Shown here: positions 27,043 through 36,677 of the stretch, one piece after another | Layout of the letters: every line of letters starts with the position of its first letter | Numbering within the stretch: the stretch's first letter is position 1 | IMG/VR virus record: IMGVR_UViG_3300032233_001072 | Span: 1-64,000 of that record | Direction: 5' to 3' (one strand) | Source of the DNA: an uncultured virus (IMG/VR IMGVR_UViG_3300032233_001072) | Taxonomy: Duplodnaviria; Heunggongvirae; Uroviricota; Caudoviricetes | Length of the DNA: 64,000 nucleotides | Position numbers and translations under genes: made by a program | Notes under the pieces: model-generated | The model's database searches: none | Seen by the model: the letters and a program-made list of their open reading frames with translations, nothing else | What the model was told of the DNA's origin: nothing

Positions 27043-27983
27043 TGCAACCACCAAGGAATGATTGAAGCACCAACTACTGAGTCGTATATCTGTTCGTCAG
27101 TCATCTCACCGATGTCTTTAGCATCGGGGGCTTTGCTGTAGTCCAGCCAAAACATTCCACCCTTCAAGCGAGGCATTTGTTTTAGCAACACCTTTGCTGA
27201 AGAGATACCGGCCTTGTCGTTGTCCATCGCAATAATCACACGGTCTGCAACCTCCGGAATTAAACGAAGTTGCTCTTTGCTTACAAACGCTCCAAAGGTA
27301 GCAAGAGCCTGCATGCCACTGAAGGATGACGCAAAGCGCACAACGTCTAGCGGGGACTCCACAAGCACAGCGGTCTTTGCGTAGAAGCGCTCAATGCCGA
27401 ACAACGTCACGCTCTTTTTAACTCCGGTGGGGACGTTGTTAAACCACCCGTTTCCTTTCTCTTGCCAACCAAGGAGTTCTCCTTCGGCAGACACGATAGG
27501 AATAACAAGGGCTTTCTTTTCATTGTTCCACTTCACGCCATATGACCGCACAATGTCGGGGTCTAAGTTGCGACGAGCGGAAACCTTTGCAGGGACATTC
27601 TCAAACTTGTTGTATGCCAACCAGTCAACGTCAGGCTTGTACTCAACACGTTCAGGTGAAGTCAACTGACGCATGCCCGACTCCATCAATAAACGGTGCG
27701 CCGTCATGGTGTCTTCAAAACTGCCAGTGAGTTCCGCAATCAAAGATGAGAGTGTGCCTTTAGCACCGCATGAGAAACAAATCCAAAGACCTGTCTCTGC
27801 GTTCATTGACCATGATGGAGAGTTGTCGGCTTTACCAACACGCTTAATGTGTACAGGGCATCGCCCTACAATCTCTGCTCCACCACTTCTTGTGAGTTCT
27901 ATGCCAAGGTTGGCAAGCACATCGGTGATGCTAGTAATACCAGTTGTCGCTTCCGCTGTCGTCATTTGCTTCTGTATCCTCAT
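27039..27983 (-). CDS. DnaG-like primase (start uncertain)
   Basis: CPVH..CFSC Zn finger; ESPLD and MDNDKAG TOPRIM motifs. Confidence 0.9.
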   Translation of the reverse strand: MRIQKQMTTAEATTGITSITDVLANLGIELTRSGGAEIVGRCPVHIKRVGKADNSPSWSMNAETGLWICFSCGAKGTLSSLIAELTGSFEDTMTAHRLLMESGMRQLTSPERVEYKPDVDWLAYNKFENVPAKVSARRNLDPDIVRSYGVKWNNEKKALVIPIVSAEGELLGWQEKGNGWFNNVPTGVKKSVTLFGIERFYAKTAVLVESPLDVVRFASSFSGMQALATFGAFVSKEQLRLIPEVADRVIIAMDNDKAGISSAKVLLKQMPRLKGGMFWLDYSKAPDAKDIGEMTDEQIYDSVVGASIIPWWLQ

Positions 27984-29199
27984 CTATCTCAGTAAAGTCC
28001 ATGTGTTCCCAGTCCCACTTGATTCGCACTTCACCTTTAGGAGCAGAGCGAGCCAAAATAACTCGGATGATTGATTGGTTATCTATGTCAGGGTCTGATT
28101 CAACACCTAGTACAAGATCGGAGTCTTGTACGAAAGATGATGAGTACCCAATTGAATCAGATGTTACCTGACGTGATTTCTTATTCCCCAACTTCCAAGC
28201 AAGAACTTGTGTCGTGCATATGATTGGTATTTGGAATCTCTGCGCCATTCTCTTCAGTGAACGTGTGATGTTGGTAAGCGCTTGGGGGCTTCCCTTTGGC
28301 TCACCGTTCTCATCGTCCATAAGGTAAACACCGTCAACAATTAGAAGTCCCGGGCGGTGTTGCTGTACTTTGCCAGCAAGCGCACTTACAGTTGTTAGTG
28401 ACGAAGTATCTTCCGTCATATAAAACTCGTGCATGTTACGACGAGACTTCAAGGCTTTCTCTACACGTTGCATCTCTGCTGACGACAGGTTGCCGTGCAT
28501 GATGTTTTTATGGGCTACACCTGAAATCAAAGAGTCGTAACGAGCGGCTTGCTCATCAATACTCATTTCAAAAGAAACGTAGAGAGGGCTGATGCCGTGG
28601 TTGTGAGCAGCGTTAGCCATGATAAGTGTAATCATTGACTTACCTTTTTTGGCTTCACCAACAAAGGTAACAAGTTGTTGTGGACGTAGTCCAGCAGTGA
28701 TCCTGTCCAAACCGTAGAACCCAGTAGGCATTCCACGAAGAGCGTTAGGTGTGTTACGCATCTCTTCGTAGTTAGCAAGGCGTACTTCCCACGAAGTAAT
28801 TAAGTCAACATCACGTAGACGTGCAACTGCTACCGATGCTTTCTGTAGACCAGCGCTAAGAAGTTTGTAAGCCTCATCAACGTCATTCTTTTTAAGGACG
28901 GTAACTGCTTCAGTCATCGCCTCTTGGATGTGCTGTTGCTTGTACTCTTTGTAGAGTTCGTCAATGAGTGCGGGGAACGGTTCGTTCTCCGTGTTGATTA
29001 ATTTGGTGTCGCCGTACTCTTGTTTAAACGCACGAGCAGTAGGAACCGTTTGGTATTCGTTCCAATAGTTAATAACCCATAGCCAAATGTCTGACCATTC
29101 ACCATTGAAGTGATCGGGACGTATGCCTGCGTTAAGTATCTCAGACATGTCTCCAGTCTGAATGACCTTGCTAACAAGAAGATGTTCTGTAGAAGCCAT
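27931..29199 (-). CDS. dnaB: DnaB-like replicative helicase
   Basis: GEAKKGKS, SFEMS, VDGVYLM, QDSDLV. Confidence 0.92.
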   Translation of the reverse strand: MASTEHLLVSKVIQTGDMSEILNAGIRPDHFNGEWSDIWLWVINYWNEYQTVPTARAFKQEYGDTKLINTENEPFPALIDELYKEYKQQHIQEAMTEAVTVLKKNDVDEAYKLLSAGLQKASVAVARLRDVDLITSWEVRLANYEEMRNTPNALRGMPTGFYGLDRITAGLRPQQLVTFVGEAKKGKSMITLIMANAAHNHGISPLYVSFEMSIDEQAARYDSLISGVAHKNIMHGNLSSAEMQRVEKALKSRRNMHEFYMTEDTSSLTTVSALAGKVQQHRPGLLIVDGVYLMDDENGEPKGSPQALTNITRSLKRMAQRFQIPIICTTQVLAWKLGNKKSRQVTSDSIGYSSSFVQDSDLVLGVESDPDIDNQSIIRVILARSAPKGEVRIKWDWEHMDFTEIDEDTEANDDSGSDNWYY

Positions 29200-29633
29200 T
29201 AGAGTGTCCATCCACGGTCGCTGGCAACTACTCGTGCTCGTAAACCAATGATCTGAGCAAGTTCATCCGTAGGTACAAGGATAGTGCGTATAGAACGGTT
29301 AAAGCGCAGGTCATATTCAAGAAATGTTGCATCTTCGTAGTAACTAACTGGAACGGACACGCCTTTGCGAGAAAGCCAGCGTTCAATTGGTGCAACAGCA
29401 TCTTCTCCTAGAAACGTGTAAACCTCACACCCAACGCCTAAGCGACTGGTTGTGTCAATCATTGACTTGAGAGGAAGTTCGTTTGCTTTCCATCGTGGAA
29501 GGTCTTTCTCCCATTTTGGAGACTGCGATGTAAACACTTGACGAAGACTGCGGTCGGGAGGTGTAGCGAGGACACCTTCAAAGATGATGCCGTAGCCACG
29601 GGTGTCATAAGACATCAAGTCATTGCCCTGCAT
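29199..29633 (-). CDS. Hypothetical protein
   Basis: Coupled ORF; IIFEGVL. Confidence 0.7.
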   Translation of the reverse strand: MQGNDLMSYDTRGYGIIFEGVLATPPDRSLRQVFTSQSPKWEKDLPRWKANELPLKSMIDTTSRLGVGCEVYTFLGEDAVAPIERWLSRKGVSVPVSYYEDATFLEYDLRFNRSIRTILVPTDELAQIIGLRARVVASDRGWTL

Positions 29634-30267
29634 CTAGTCCTCCAATCCGATAATCAATCCCAGCGGTACGCAATGGGTATGTAGACTGACGGAGGATAGA
29701 GGCAATGCGCTGAGTAAACAACCCTCCAATTTTATCAATACGTTCTGACGACGTAAAGATCGTAGGAAGTTGTGTGTCGTAACGTGACTGTATGAGGTCG
29801 GCGGTCATCTTGATCATGTAGTCCGTTACACGGTCAGCATTGAAGTTGTCAATCACAACAACGTCGTAGGTGCGCCGTGTGTACTTAAGCAAATTCTCTT
29901 CGCCGTACATCTCAGGAAGTTCGCCATCACGAGAGTCGTAAACCATCTCACAAAACATGTCGTACGTTAAGAATAAACCACTCAACTCGTGTTGCTTGAT
30001 TACTTCTTTAAGAGTTGCCACCGCAAGGTGTGTCTTACCTGTTCCAACATCTCCGGAAATATAAAGACCCATGCCTTCCTCCATGTTCTGAGGCATGTTG
30101 CTTACCCACTTATGGAGGGCTTTAACAAGTGGCTGTGTGGCGGTCGTTGTTTCAAAACTATCAAAAGAGCATGAGCGATACCGTGGAGGTACCCGCAAGT
30201 TCTTTAGGCGCTCATCTAGGGGCCTATTACGCCAATACTTGGCGCTCTTCCATTCACTCATGTTCAT
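29620..30267 (-). CDS. DnaC/IstB-like helicase loader ATPase
   Basis: GDVGTGKTHLA, VVIDN, RY....PTIFTS. Confidence 0.88.
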   Translation of the reverse strand: MNMSEWKSAKYWRNRPLDERLKNLRVPPRYRSCSFDSFETTTATQPLVKALHKWVSNMPQNMEEGMGLYISGDVGTGKTHLAVATLKEVIKQHELSGLFLTYDMFCEMVYDSRDGELPEMYGEENLLKYTRRTYDVVVIDNFNADRVTDYMIKMTADLIQSRYDTQLPTIFTSSERIDKIGGLFTQRIASILRQSTYPLRTAGIDYRIGGLDAGQ

Positions 30268-30293
30268 CTCCTGCGATTGAGGAAAGAAGGTTG

Positions 30294-30707
30294 CTAAAGA
30301 AGACGGTCATCAACTTCAACTTCATTATTTCCTTCTGTGGTTGTTGCTCGTTGTACTAAGTCAGCGTACTTGTCAATATCCGAAATAAACGCTCGCCATG
30401 GTGCAATGTGTGATGGGAGTGGTCTACGGGTAATTGCTTGTACGAAGAGGTCAATCATCCCACGAATCTGTGCGCTTGTAAAGTCCTTGTCGTGAAGTGT
30501 CTTAAAGTACTTCAACATCACGGGACCGTTTACGTTTGCGCCGATCCTTTTCATGTCTACGGGTATTGTTTGATTAAAATATAAGAGGAGACCTGTACGA
30601 GAATCGGGTTCGTGCTGGCGTTTCTTCTTGGGGGAGTCTTTAGGTAGTTTTGGGTTCTCGGGGTCATCCCCAATTGCTGTCCCCCAGTCGTCGGGAACCC
30701 TACTCAT
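30294..30707 (-). CDS. Hypothetical protein, possibly an initiator C-terminal-like domain
   Basis: Lies between the HTH initiator and the loader. Confidence 0.6.
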   Translation of the reverse strand: MSRVPDDWGTAIGDDPENPKLPKDSPKKKRQHEPDSRTGLLLYFNQTIPVDMKRIGANVNGPVMLKYFKTLHDKDFTSAQIRGMIDLFVQAITRRPLPSHIAPWRAFISDIDKYADLVQRATTTEGNNEVEVDDRLL

Positions 30708-31215
30708 CTAAGAGTCTCCCATCAACAAAAACCCCGTCTTTCAGAAAATCTGCTTTCTTGTTTTTTTTAGTCTTGTTCTTTAGTATTGTTTGGGTGTCTG
30801 TGGAGTCACCCCCGGGGGTGTCTGTGGAGTCACCCCCCAGTGTCTGTGGAGTCACCCCTACCAGTGACTCTGGTGTCACCGGTGACTCTGGAGTCACCCC
30901 TAGTTGAACCTTCGGATTATTGAAGTTTACGTAGTAACAATTCGTCAATTGGCGGTTGTTTCTCTTCCGCTCGGCTTTCTCAATAATGCCGATTTCCGCT
31001 AGGCGGTGGATAGCCCTGATGACTGTCCGCTTGTTGCACCCCATTTGGTCAGCAATGTGCTGGTAAGAGGTGGTCAGTTGCTGGGAGTCATTATCCATGT
31101 ACTGTAGAAAGAATAACAAAACGGTGTTCGCAACATGGTCTCCTCCCGTGTAATCCAACACCCATCGGGGTACTGGGAGGAAGGGTCCTCCAAAGGTCGC
31201 CTTTTTCTTTACCAT
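30700..31215 (-). CDS. Winged-HTH replication initiator-like protein
   Basis: SYQHIADQMGCNKRTVIRAI..L...GII....R.....TN.Y; contains internal DNA repeats. Confidence 0.8.
   Translation of the reverse strand: MVKKKATFGGPFLPVPRWVLDYTGGDHVANTVLLFFLQYMDNDSQQLTTSYQHIADQMGCNKRTVIRAIHRLAEIGIIEKAERKRNNRQLTNCYYVNFNNPKVQLGVTPESPVTPESLVGVTPQTLGGDSTDTPGGDSTDTQTILKNKTKKNKKADFLKDGVFVDGRLLDE
30794..30900. repeat. Iteron-like array, putative replication origin
   Basis: GTGTCTGTGGAGTCACCCC at 30794, 30818 and 30840; GTGACTCTGG(T/A)GTCACC at 30864 and 30882; adjacent AT-rich tract. Confidence 0.85.
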
Positions 31216-31312
31216 TTATTCTCCTTAGGTTGACTGCTTGTAGGGATGTCATGATACACTCCTTGTCAACCAAGGGTACATGTGTGTGCATTTATTTCCT
31301 AGGTTGATTGCT
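31213..31312. repeat. Imperfect direct repeat (31213-31238, 31289-31312)
   Basis: AGCA(G/A)TCAACCTA(A)GGA(G)AATAAATG on the - strand. Confidence 0.75.
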
Positions 31313-31318
31313 CAGGTG

Positions 31319-31355
31319 AATGGCTGGATATTGGCAGAAACTGTATCCAGCCATT
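31319..31355. promoter_or_regulatory. 12-bp inverted repeat in the divergent intergenic region
   Basis: AATGGCTGGATA/TATCCAGCCATT. Confidence 0.6.
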
Positions 31356-31380
31356 TGCCATTTATAGGGTAAAATGGGGC

Positions 31381-31542
31381 ATGGCTAAAAAAGACGTGTG
31401 GGATAAACCAAACCCCAAGAAAAAGTCAGACAAGTTGACTCCTGAGCAAAAGTCTGAAGCAAAATCTCGTGCTAAAAAAGCAGGACGTCCTTACCCAAAT
31501 CTTGTAGACAATATGGCTGTGTCCAAGAAAGGAAAGAAGTAA
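31381..31542 (+). CDS. 53-aa Lys-rich protein (absent from ORF track), leaderless
   Basis: MAKKDVWDKPNPKKK...RPYPNLVDNM..KKGKK; TAAAAT-N5-ATG; TAATG overlap. Confidence 0.8.
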   Translation: MAKKDVWDKPNPKKKSDKLTPEQKSEAKSRAKKAGRPYPNLVDNMAVSKKGKK

Positions 31543-31769
31543 TGGCAACTAAGAAAGATCAAAAACCAGCAACTATTTCTGCTGGCGGCGCACCTCATGT
31601 CATTTATGAAAAAGATAAGAAGATAGTTGCAGACCATCTTGGTAAAACTAGTGGAAAAAATGACAAGATCAATTTAACTAAGGTTGCTGGTGCAAAAACA
31701 GTTAAAGAAGGAGTTGCTGCTACTAAAGGTTGGCATTCAAAGCACCCTCATAAGAAAGGAAAGAAGTAA
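31542..31769 (+). CDS. Lys-rich small protein
   Basis: Coupled ORF ending KKGKK. Confidence 0.8.
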   Translation: MATKKDQKPATISAGGAPHVIYEKDKKIVADHLGKTSGKNDKINLTKVAGAKTVKEGVAATKGWHSKHPHKKGKK

Positions 31770-32050
31770 TGGCTGTTAAAAAATCTGATGCGTGGCAACG
31801 CAAAGAAGGAAAAAACAAAGAGGGCGGGTTAAACGAAAAAGGACGCAAGTCCTACGAAAAGGCCAACCCCGGTAGTGACCTTAAGCCACCTGTATCTAAA
31901 GAGCAGGCTAAGAAGTCTCCTAAGTCTGCGGCTCGTCGTGAATCTTTTTGTGCTCGTATGGAAGGCATGAAGAAGAAAAACACTTCATCTAAGACTGCCA
32001 ATGATCCTGATTCACGCATAAACAAGTCACTTAGAAAATGGGATTGTTAA
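31769..32050 (+). CDS. DUF6321-like basic protein
   Basis: WQRKEGKN..GGLN.KGR..Y, RR.SFCARM.G, SRINKSLRKW.C. Confidence 0.8.
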   Translation: MAVKKSDAWQRKEGKNKEGGLNEKGRKSYEKANPGSDLKPPVSKEQAKKSPKSAARRESFCARMEGMKKKNTSSKTANDPDSRINKSLRKWDC

Positions 32051-32487
32051 TGTCTAAGTTGACTGACGCTCTCAAAACAACTCTTGCTGATACCGTCACA
32101 ATGTACTTTGTTGCACACGGTTACCATTGGAACGTAGAGGGTCAAGACTTTAGTCAATACCATGCACTCTTTGCAGAAATCTATGAAGACGTTTACTCTG
32201 CTGTAGACCCACTTGCAGAAGACATCCGTAAGTTGGGGGAATACGCTCCATTTACCTTGAGCAAGTTCATTGACCTTCGCACAGTGGAATCAAAGGACGT
32301 TGATCCTTCTCCTAAGGCAATGGCAAAAGCCCTGCTCACTATCAACGAAGGTCTTATTAAAAGCGTTAATCTTGCTTTTAAAGCAGCCAACGAAGCCAAT
32401 GAACAGGGCATTGCAAATTTCCTTGCAGAACGAGATGACATGCACAAGAAATGGGCATGGCAACTCAAAGCATCAACTAAGTCCTAA
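32050..32487 (+). CDS. dps: Dps/mini-ferritin
   Basis: HGYHWNVEG..F..YH.LF.E.Y, D.LAE.IR.LG, H.K.AW.L. Confidence 0.92.
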   Translation: MSKLTDALKTTLADTVTMYFVAHGYHWNVEGQDFSQYHALFAEIYEDVYSAVDPLAEDIRKLGEYAPFTLSKFIDLRTVESKDVDPSPKAMAKALLTINEGLIKSVNLAFKAANEANEQGIANFLAERDDMHKKWAWQLKASTKS

Positions 32488-33234
32488 TATCAATCGTGCT
32501 TCTGCCATAGTTGCAGGCGTAGATACAACAGTTCCATTAGGCATAACTACTGTGATCATGCACTCTTTGTCATCAGATGTTTGGATGCTTTCACGCACTG
32601 GGTATGGGGTTGTAGACACACTTTTGACTTCAGGTACTTCTGGAATGTCACCCAACAAATGATTAATAATTTGCTCTTTGGACATGTAAGACGCATCAAT
32701 GTTTTGATTCTTAGCACTCTTCTTTAGAACGCTAATTGGCATGTCTTGCAATTCCTTTTTAGTAAAAGGCTCTATCTCTACTTCTTCTTTTTGCACTTTT
32801 TCCTTAACTTCCGTTACGTCTGTCTCAACGACAATTGGAACAAGACCGTTGGTTAAGTCTTTTATTTCAATGCCAAGGTCAGTTGCGGTGAATACAATGT
32901 TTTCCATCTCTTCATTGTTTTCTTCATCCCACAACAAAAGCAAAACGCCTTTGCGCTTTTTAAGTTCTTTGAGAAAGAATTCAACATTTAAAGATTTGTT
33001 TGACACAAAGTGCAAAGCGTTTTCCATCAACGCTGTACTAGTTTCAGTGTTGTGCACCACGGTGTATGGAACTTCATGATCAGTCAACCAATCATGAACT
33101 CTTGCTTCTGAAGCGCTCAGTTTGTGTACACCGTAGACAAAGAACTCGTTGTCTTCGCCAAGTTCGTTTAATGCATCTTCAATTACATTTTTTTTAGTTG
33201 AGCCAGTGCCCAAAATTCCGTATGTTGCTAACAT
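32473..33234 (-). CDS. Hypothetical acidic protein with a possible Rho-N/HeH module
   Basis: ELQDMPISVLKKSAK...SKEQII; AAGGA RBS before 33234. Confidence 0.7.
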   Translation of the reverse strand: MLATYGILGTGSTKKNVIEDALNELGEDNEFFVYGVHKLSASEARVHDWLTDHEVPYTVVHNTETSTALMENALHFVSNKSLNVEFFLKELKKRKGVLLLLWDEENNEEMENIVFTATDLGIEIKDLTNGLVPIVVETDVTEVKEKVQKEEVEIEPFTKKELQDMPISVLKKSAKNQNIDASYMSKEQIINHLLGDIPEVPEVKSVSTTPYPVRESIQTSDDKECMITVVMPNGTVVSTPATMAEARLILGLS

Positions 33235-33244
33235 GTGCTTGTCC

Positions 33245-33499
33245 TTATTTGATTGATTTGCGGTGTGCCATGTCCCCAAGGAAGGTGACTAGCCTCATTA
33301 AACCATGGCATGCGCTTGCAATAGTAGCGATTACTAAACCTGCTGTCCATTTATTTGGAACATCAAGAATGAAGGACACACCATATGCAAGAACAGTAGC
33401 CGCAGTTACTTTTACCCAAGGCATTGCTTCTTTAGGGGTTAACACATCTAAGATGTGTACTGCTTTGTATACTGCTAAACCTGCAATTATATAAATCAT
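33245..33499 (-). CDS. Small membrane protein (holin-like)
   Basis: Three hydrophobic segments; ATGA overlap. Confidence 0.6.
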   Translation of the reverse strand: MIYIIAGLAVYKAVHILDVLTPKEAMPWVKVTAATVLAYGVSFILDVPNKWTAGLVIATIASACHGLMRLVTFLGDMAHRKSIK

Positions 33500-35100
33500 G
33501 CCTGCCCGGGGACACAATCGTACGTAATTGTGTATTTAGGTGAAACCCCACCTAACAATGTAACTGGCAAAATCTTAGGAAGCAACCGAGTCAAAGCATC
33601 TTGTGTCTTTTGACGGTTTGCTGTATATGTGGACAATGAAACGTGTTGACTAATTTTCCACAGGTGGTCAGAAGATTGGTTTTGATATAAGTTTCCACCA
33701 AAGATAGTGTTGCCATCAAAGTAGGTACCAAAGTTATTTGGCTCTACCATCCAATAATCTAAATTAATTGTTTGCCCAGCGTTTAGTTTAAAAACAAATA
33801 CTGGGTAGTAGTTATTTTTTGAGGACACTGCCTTCATTTGGTATGCATAGCGGTTTTCACCCAACGTATTTTGACTTACCGCCACAGTGCTCCCCCATGA
33901 TGACCACGAAGCGCCAGTATGCCAAAGAGGTTCATAAACAACGTCGTAGTTACCAGTGATCTCCATAGACATGTAATAAGGAACAGTAGGTGAAACAGGT
34001 GCAGTTATCGTAGAACGTACTGCTACTTTGGTTGCAGTTCCTCCACAAGTAATGCTGATGCCATATGGGTTTGCGCTATTTACAGTTACACTGTTTTCTG
34101 AGGCAACAGTCCAGTTACCTTCGTTAACAAAACGAGGGTTACCAACTAAGTTAGCCCTTTGAGAATGTACAAAAAAACTGTAATAAGGTGCGGCACCAGC
34201 AACCACCACATCTACTGCTCCACCACTTACGGCAGTTAAGTAGCCTGTTATTGCCTCAACAGTTCCTTTTTTGCGCCGAAGGTGTCCAATGTCGTGTAGT
34301 AACGCACGGGTTCTTGTTACTCCAACGTCATTAACGGACACTTCTAGCCCAAGCATTTTTGCCAACTGATCTACTGCTTCAGCCTCTGCTAAAAGTGGAT
34401 CGTATTGGGTCATCACAGCATCTATGAGAGTGCGTGTGGTGTCTAGTTCAAACCCAAAAGTACTTACAAATTTGTACAGTGTTGAGTCATCTGCTTCTCT
34501 ATAGTACTTAGGAATACGCTTCCATAAATCTTCTGAACTTCCGTAGTTGTTAGGTACAAGGGTTTCTAGACTTACTAATTTATTATAGTAATAAGTACCG
34601 TTTACTCCGCTTTCGTTGTAATACCCAAACAACGAATAATACGCCCATTTACCAGACGTTGGTTCGTACACAGTTTGGGGGCCTGCATCTGTAGTTATTA
34701 CATAAGAAGATTGGTGAGTGTAAAAAGAGTCAGTGCCACTAGATGAATAAATAACTACGCCATCTTTAACCGTTTCGGGATACCCTGTTTTTGAATAAAC
34801 AATTGTTATTCCTATTAATTTAGTTTCTCCTCCCAACACGTTTTCTATGGCAGTGAAGTTTTCCGAAAGAGTCCAGTTTAAAATAACACTGTTATACGAC
34901 AAAGCATTTGCTTCAAAAACAGATTCTGGACTAGTGGGGACATCTATAATAATGTTGTCAGACCGAAGAGCAGAGTCTTGGTCAACGCTTATAGCACCCG
35001 CTTGTGTTTGTAGACTGCTGGTTCCACGGTTAAATGAACCAACGCCTACTACTTCACCACCAAATGTATTGCGCCGAAGATTAAAGGAAACCCGTGCCAT
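33496..35100 (-). CDS. Baseplate wedge/tail protein (P2 gpI-like)
   Basis: LWKRIPKYYR, LAKMLG, RRKKGTVEAI; follows the baseplate J gene. Confidence 0.75.
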   Translation of the reverse strand: MARVSFNLRRNTFGGEVVGVGSFNRGTSSLQTQAGAISVDQDSALRSDNIIIDVPTSPESVFEANALSYNSVILNWTLSENFTAIENVLGGETKLIGITIVYSKTGYPETVKDGVVIYSSSGTDSFYTHQSSYVITTDAGPQTVYEPTSGKWAYYSLFGYYNESGVNGTYYYNKLVSLETLVPNNYGSSEDLWKRIPKYYREADDSTLYKFVSTFGFELDTTRTLIDAVMTQYDPLLAEAEAVDQLAKMLGLEVSVNDVGVTRTRALLHDIGHLRRKKGTVEAITGYLTAVSGGAVDVVVAGAAPYYSFFVHSQRANLVGNPRFVNEGNWTVASENSVTVNSANPYGISITCGGTATKVAVRSTITAPVSPTVPYYMSMEITGNYDVVYEPLWHTGASWSSWGSTVAVSQNTLGENRYAYQMKAVSSKNNYYPVFVFKLNAGQTINLDYWMVEPNNFGTYFDGNTIFGGNLYQNQSSDHLWKISQHVSLSTYTANRQKTQDALTRLLPKILPVTLLGGVSPKYTITYDCVPGQA

Positions 35101-35102
35101 TG

Positions 35103-36677
35103 TTAGCCTCCTGTGGCAACGATGCCACCACTAGCGTTGATTGTCCATGACGCACTTTTGGCAAGCAAAGTATGTGCAGTTGGGGTAACGCCTATGAAAG
35201 TTCCAGAAGCATCAAGTACCGTGGTGCCATTGGTGGTTGTGAAGTTTGTTACGGTAAAGTAGTCTACCCCTTCAATTGCTAACGCTGTGCGGTAAACCGT
35301 TCCAAGTCCTACCGTTACGTCAAAATCAATATTGTCAAAAGAAAACAAATCTTCAAGCGCACTAAACACTTTGCTTTGAACATCTTCTTGGACAAACCCT
35401 GCCATCACTCGCAGGTTTGCGGTTAATTTAACTGGAGAGAGGCTCACAGAGGCGCCCACGTTAGATGAGGCAAAAGCCATTTCACGAGGAGTTAAGTAAT
35501 CATCAATTTCAGTGACTTTAGCATTTGAAAGAATAATTGGGTTAACTGCACCAAAGTTAGATTGTGGAACAACCGCACGCACTTGGACAACCCCACTACC
35601 ATCCACCCATGCCGTAGATTTAACAACCCCCGGCACCCTCTTTACAATGTCTATGTAGTCTTGTAAAGATACTGCACGGTCTTGGGAGCGGAAAGCGGCT
35701 GGAATGTTTGCTTTCAAAGAGTTGATTGACTCTACGTCAACACCTCCCGTAGCAGCAAGGGTATTAGGGGTTACGACAAGCCCGTCAAGGCTTGGTTTCC
35801 CCGCTACCGTGTTACTTTCTATTCTATTAATTGCTTGAGAGGCTACGTTACCTGCGGCACCACGGCTACGGCGATACGTAATTGTAATAGTTGAGTTGAC
35901 TAATGGGATGCGTCCGTTGATTGCATTACCAAAATTAAGAACTGAATAGTTATCAGCAGAAATGTCTACGCTAAACACACGTTGGCTACTCGTTGCAGTA
36001 AGCAATCGTGGAACATACGTGTATTGCACGCTTGCCCCTCCTGCGCCTTCGTTAACAGTTACGATCATTCCATCAGTAACAACACCCGTTTTACGCAAAG
36101 TTATTTGTTGACCTGAAAGTCCTGTACTTGTATATGTTTCACTAAAGATCTCACCTTCAGTAAGGAATGTTGTAATACTTTCAGTCTTAGGGTAAGTTGC
36201 GTAAGTAACTCCATCAAGATCTACAAGTGGTGTAGACGCTCCACCTGCCGTACCTGTAAAAGCAATCGCTGTATTGGTTGTAAAAACCACTGGAGAAGCA
36301 GTATCTACAAGAGGGGTGGCAAGGAAACGGGTATATTTTGGAATATAAATAGGGGCTGTGTCAGTCGCTGAAGTGGCGTTAGCATTTAACGTAATGGTTG
36401 CGGTAGCCGCACGACGACCTGACGGTACATAGTCAAGCAAATTAGCAATAGCCAGAACCGATTCACGCTGTGTAGCAGTGCCTAGAAAAGATTCCCCAGC
36501 CGCACGGTCTACGTAGTAATGAAGAATATCACCCATGTAAGCCCACAGATCAACAAGAACCATACCGAAGTCAGATGGTTCCCTGTTTGTCCATTCAGGC
36601 AATAGAGTTTGGGCACGACGGAGAAGATCGTCTTGGATAGACGCATAATCCCGACTTGTATAGTCAAATGTACTCAT
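35103..36677 (-). CDS. Baseplate J-like wedge protein
   Basis: DYTSRDY, PEWT...SDFG, GG.D.ES, RAVS.QDY. Confidence 0.9.
   Translation of the reverse strand: MSTFDYTSRDYASIQDDLLRRAQTLLPEWTNREPSDFGMVLVDLWAYMGDILHYYVDRAAGESFLGTATQRESVLAIANLLDYVPSGRRAATATITLNANATSATDTAPIYIPKYTRFLATPLVDTASPVVFTTNTAIAFTGTAGGASTPLVDLDGVTYATYPKTESITTFLTEGEIFSETYTSTGLSGQQITLRKTGVVTDGMIVTVNEGAGGASVQYTYVPRLLTATSSQRVFSVDISADNYSVLNFGNAINGRIPLVNSTITITYRRSRGAAGNVASQAINRIESNTVAGKPSLDGLVVTPNTLAATGGVDVESINSLKANIPAAFRSQDRAVSLQDYIDIVKRVPGVVKSTAWVDGSGVVQVRAVVPQSNFGAVNPIILSNAKVTEIDDYLTPREMAFASSNVGASVSLSPVKLTANLRVMAGFVQEDVQSKVFSALEDLFSFDNIDFDVTVGLGTVYRTALAIEGVDYFTVTNFTTTNGTTVLDASGTFIGVTPTAHTLLAKSASWTINASGGIVATGG

Noticed and set aside
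30794-30900. Repeats as a mini CRISPR array
   Set aside because: The gaps between units are only 0-7 bp, the repeats lie inside a CDS, and there is no cas operon; iterons fit better.
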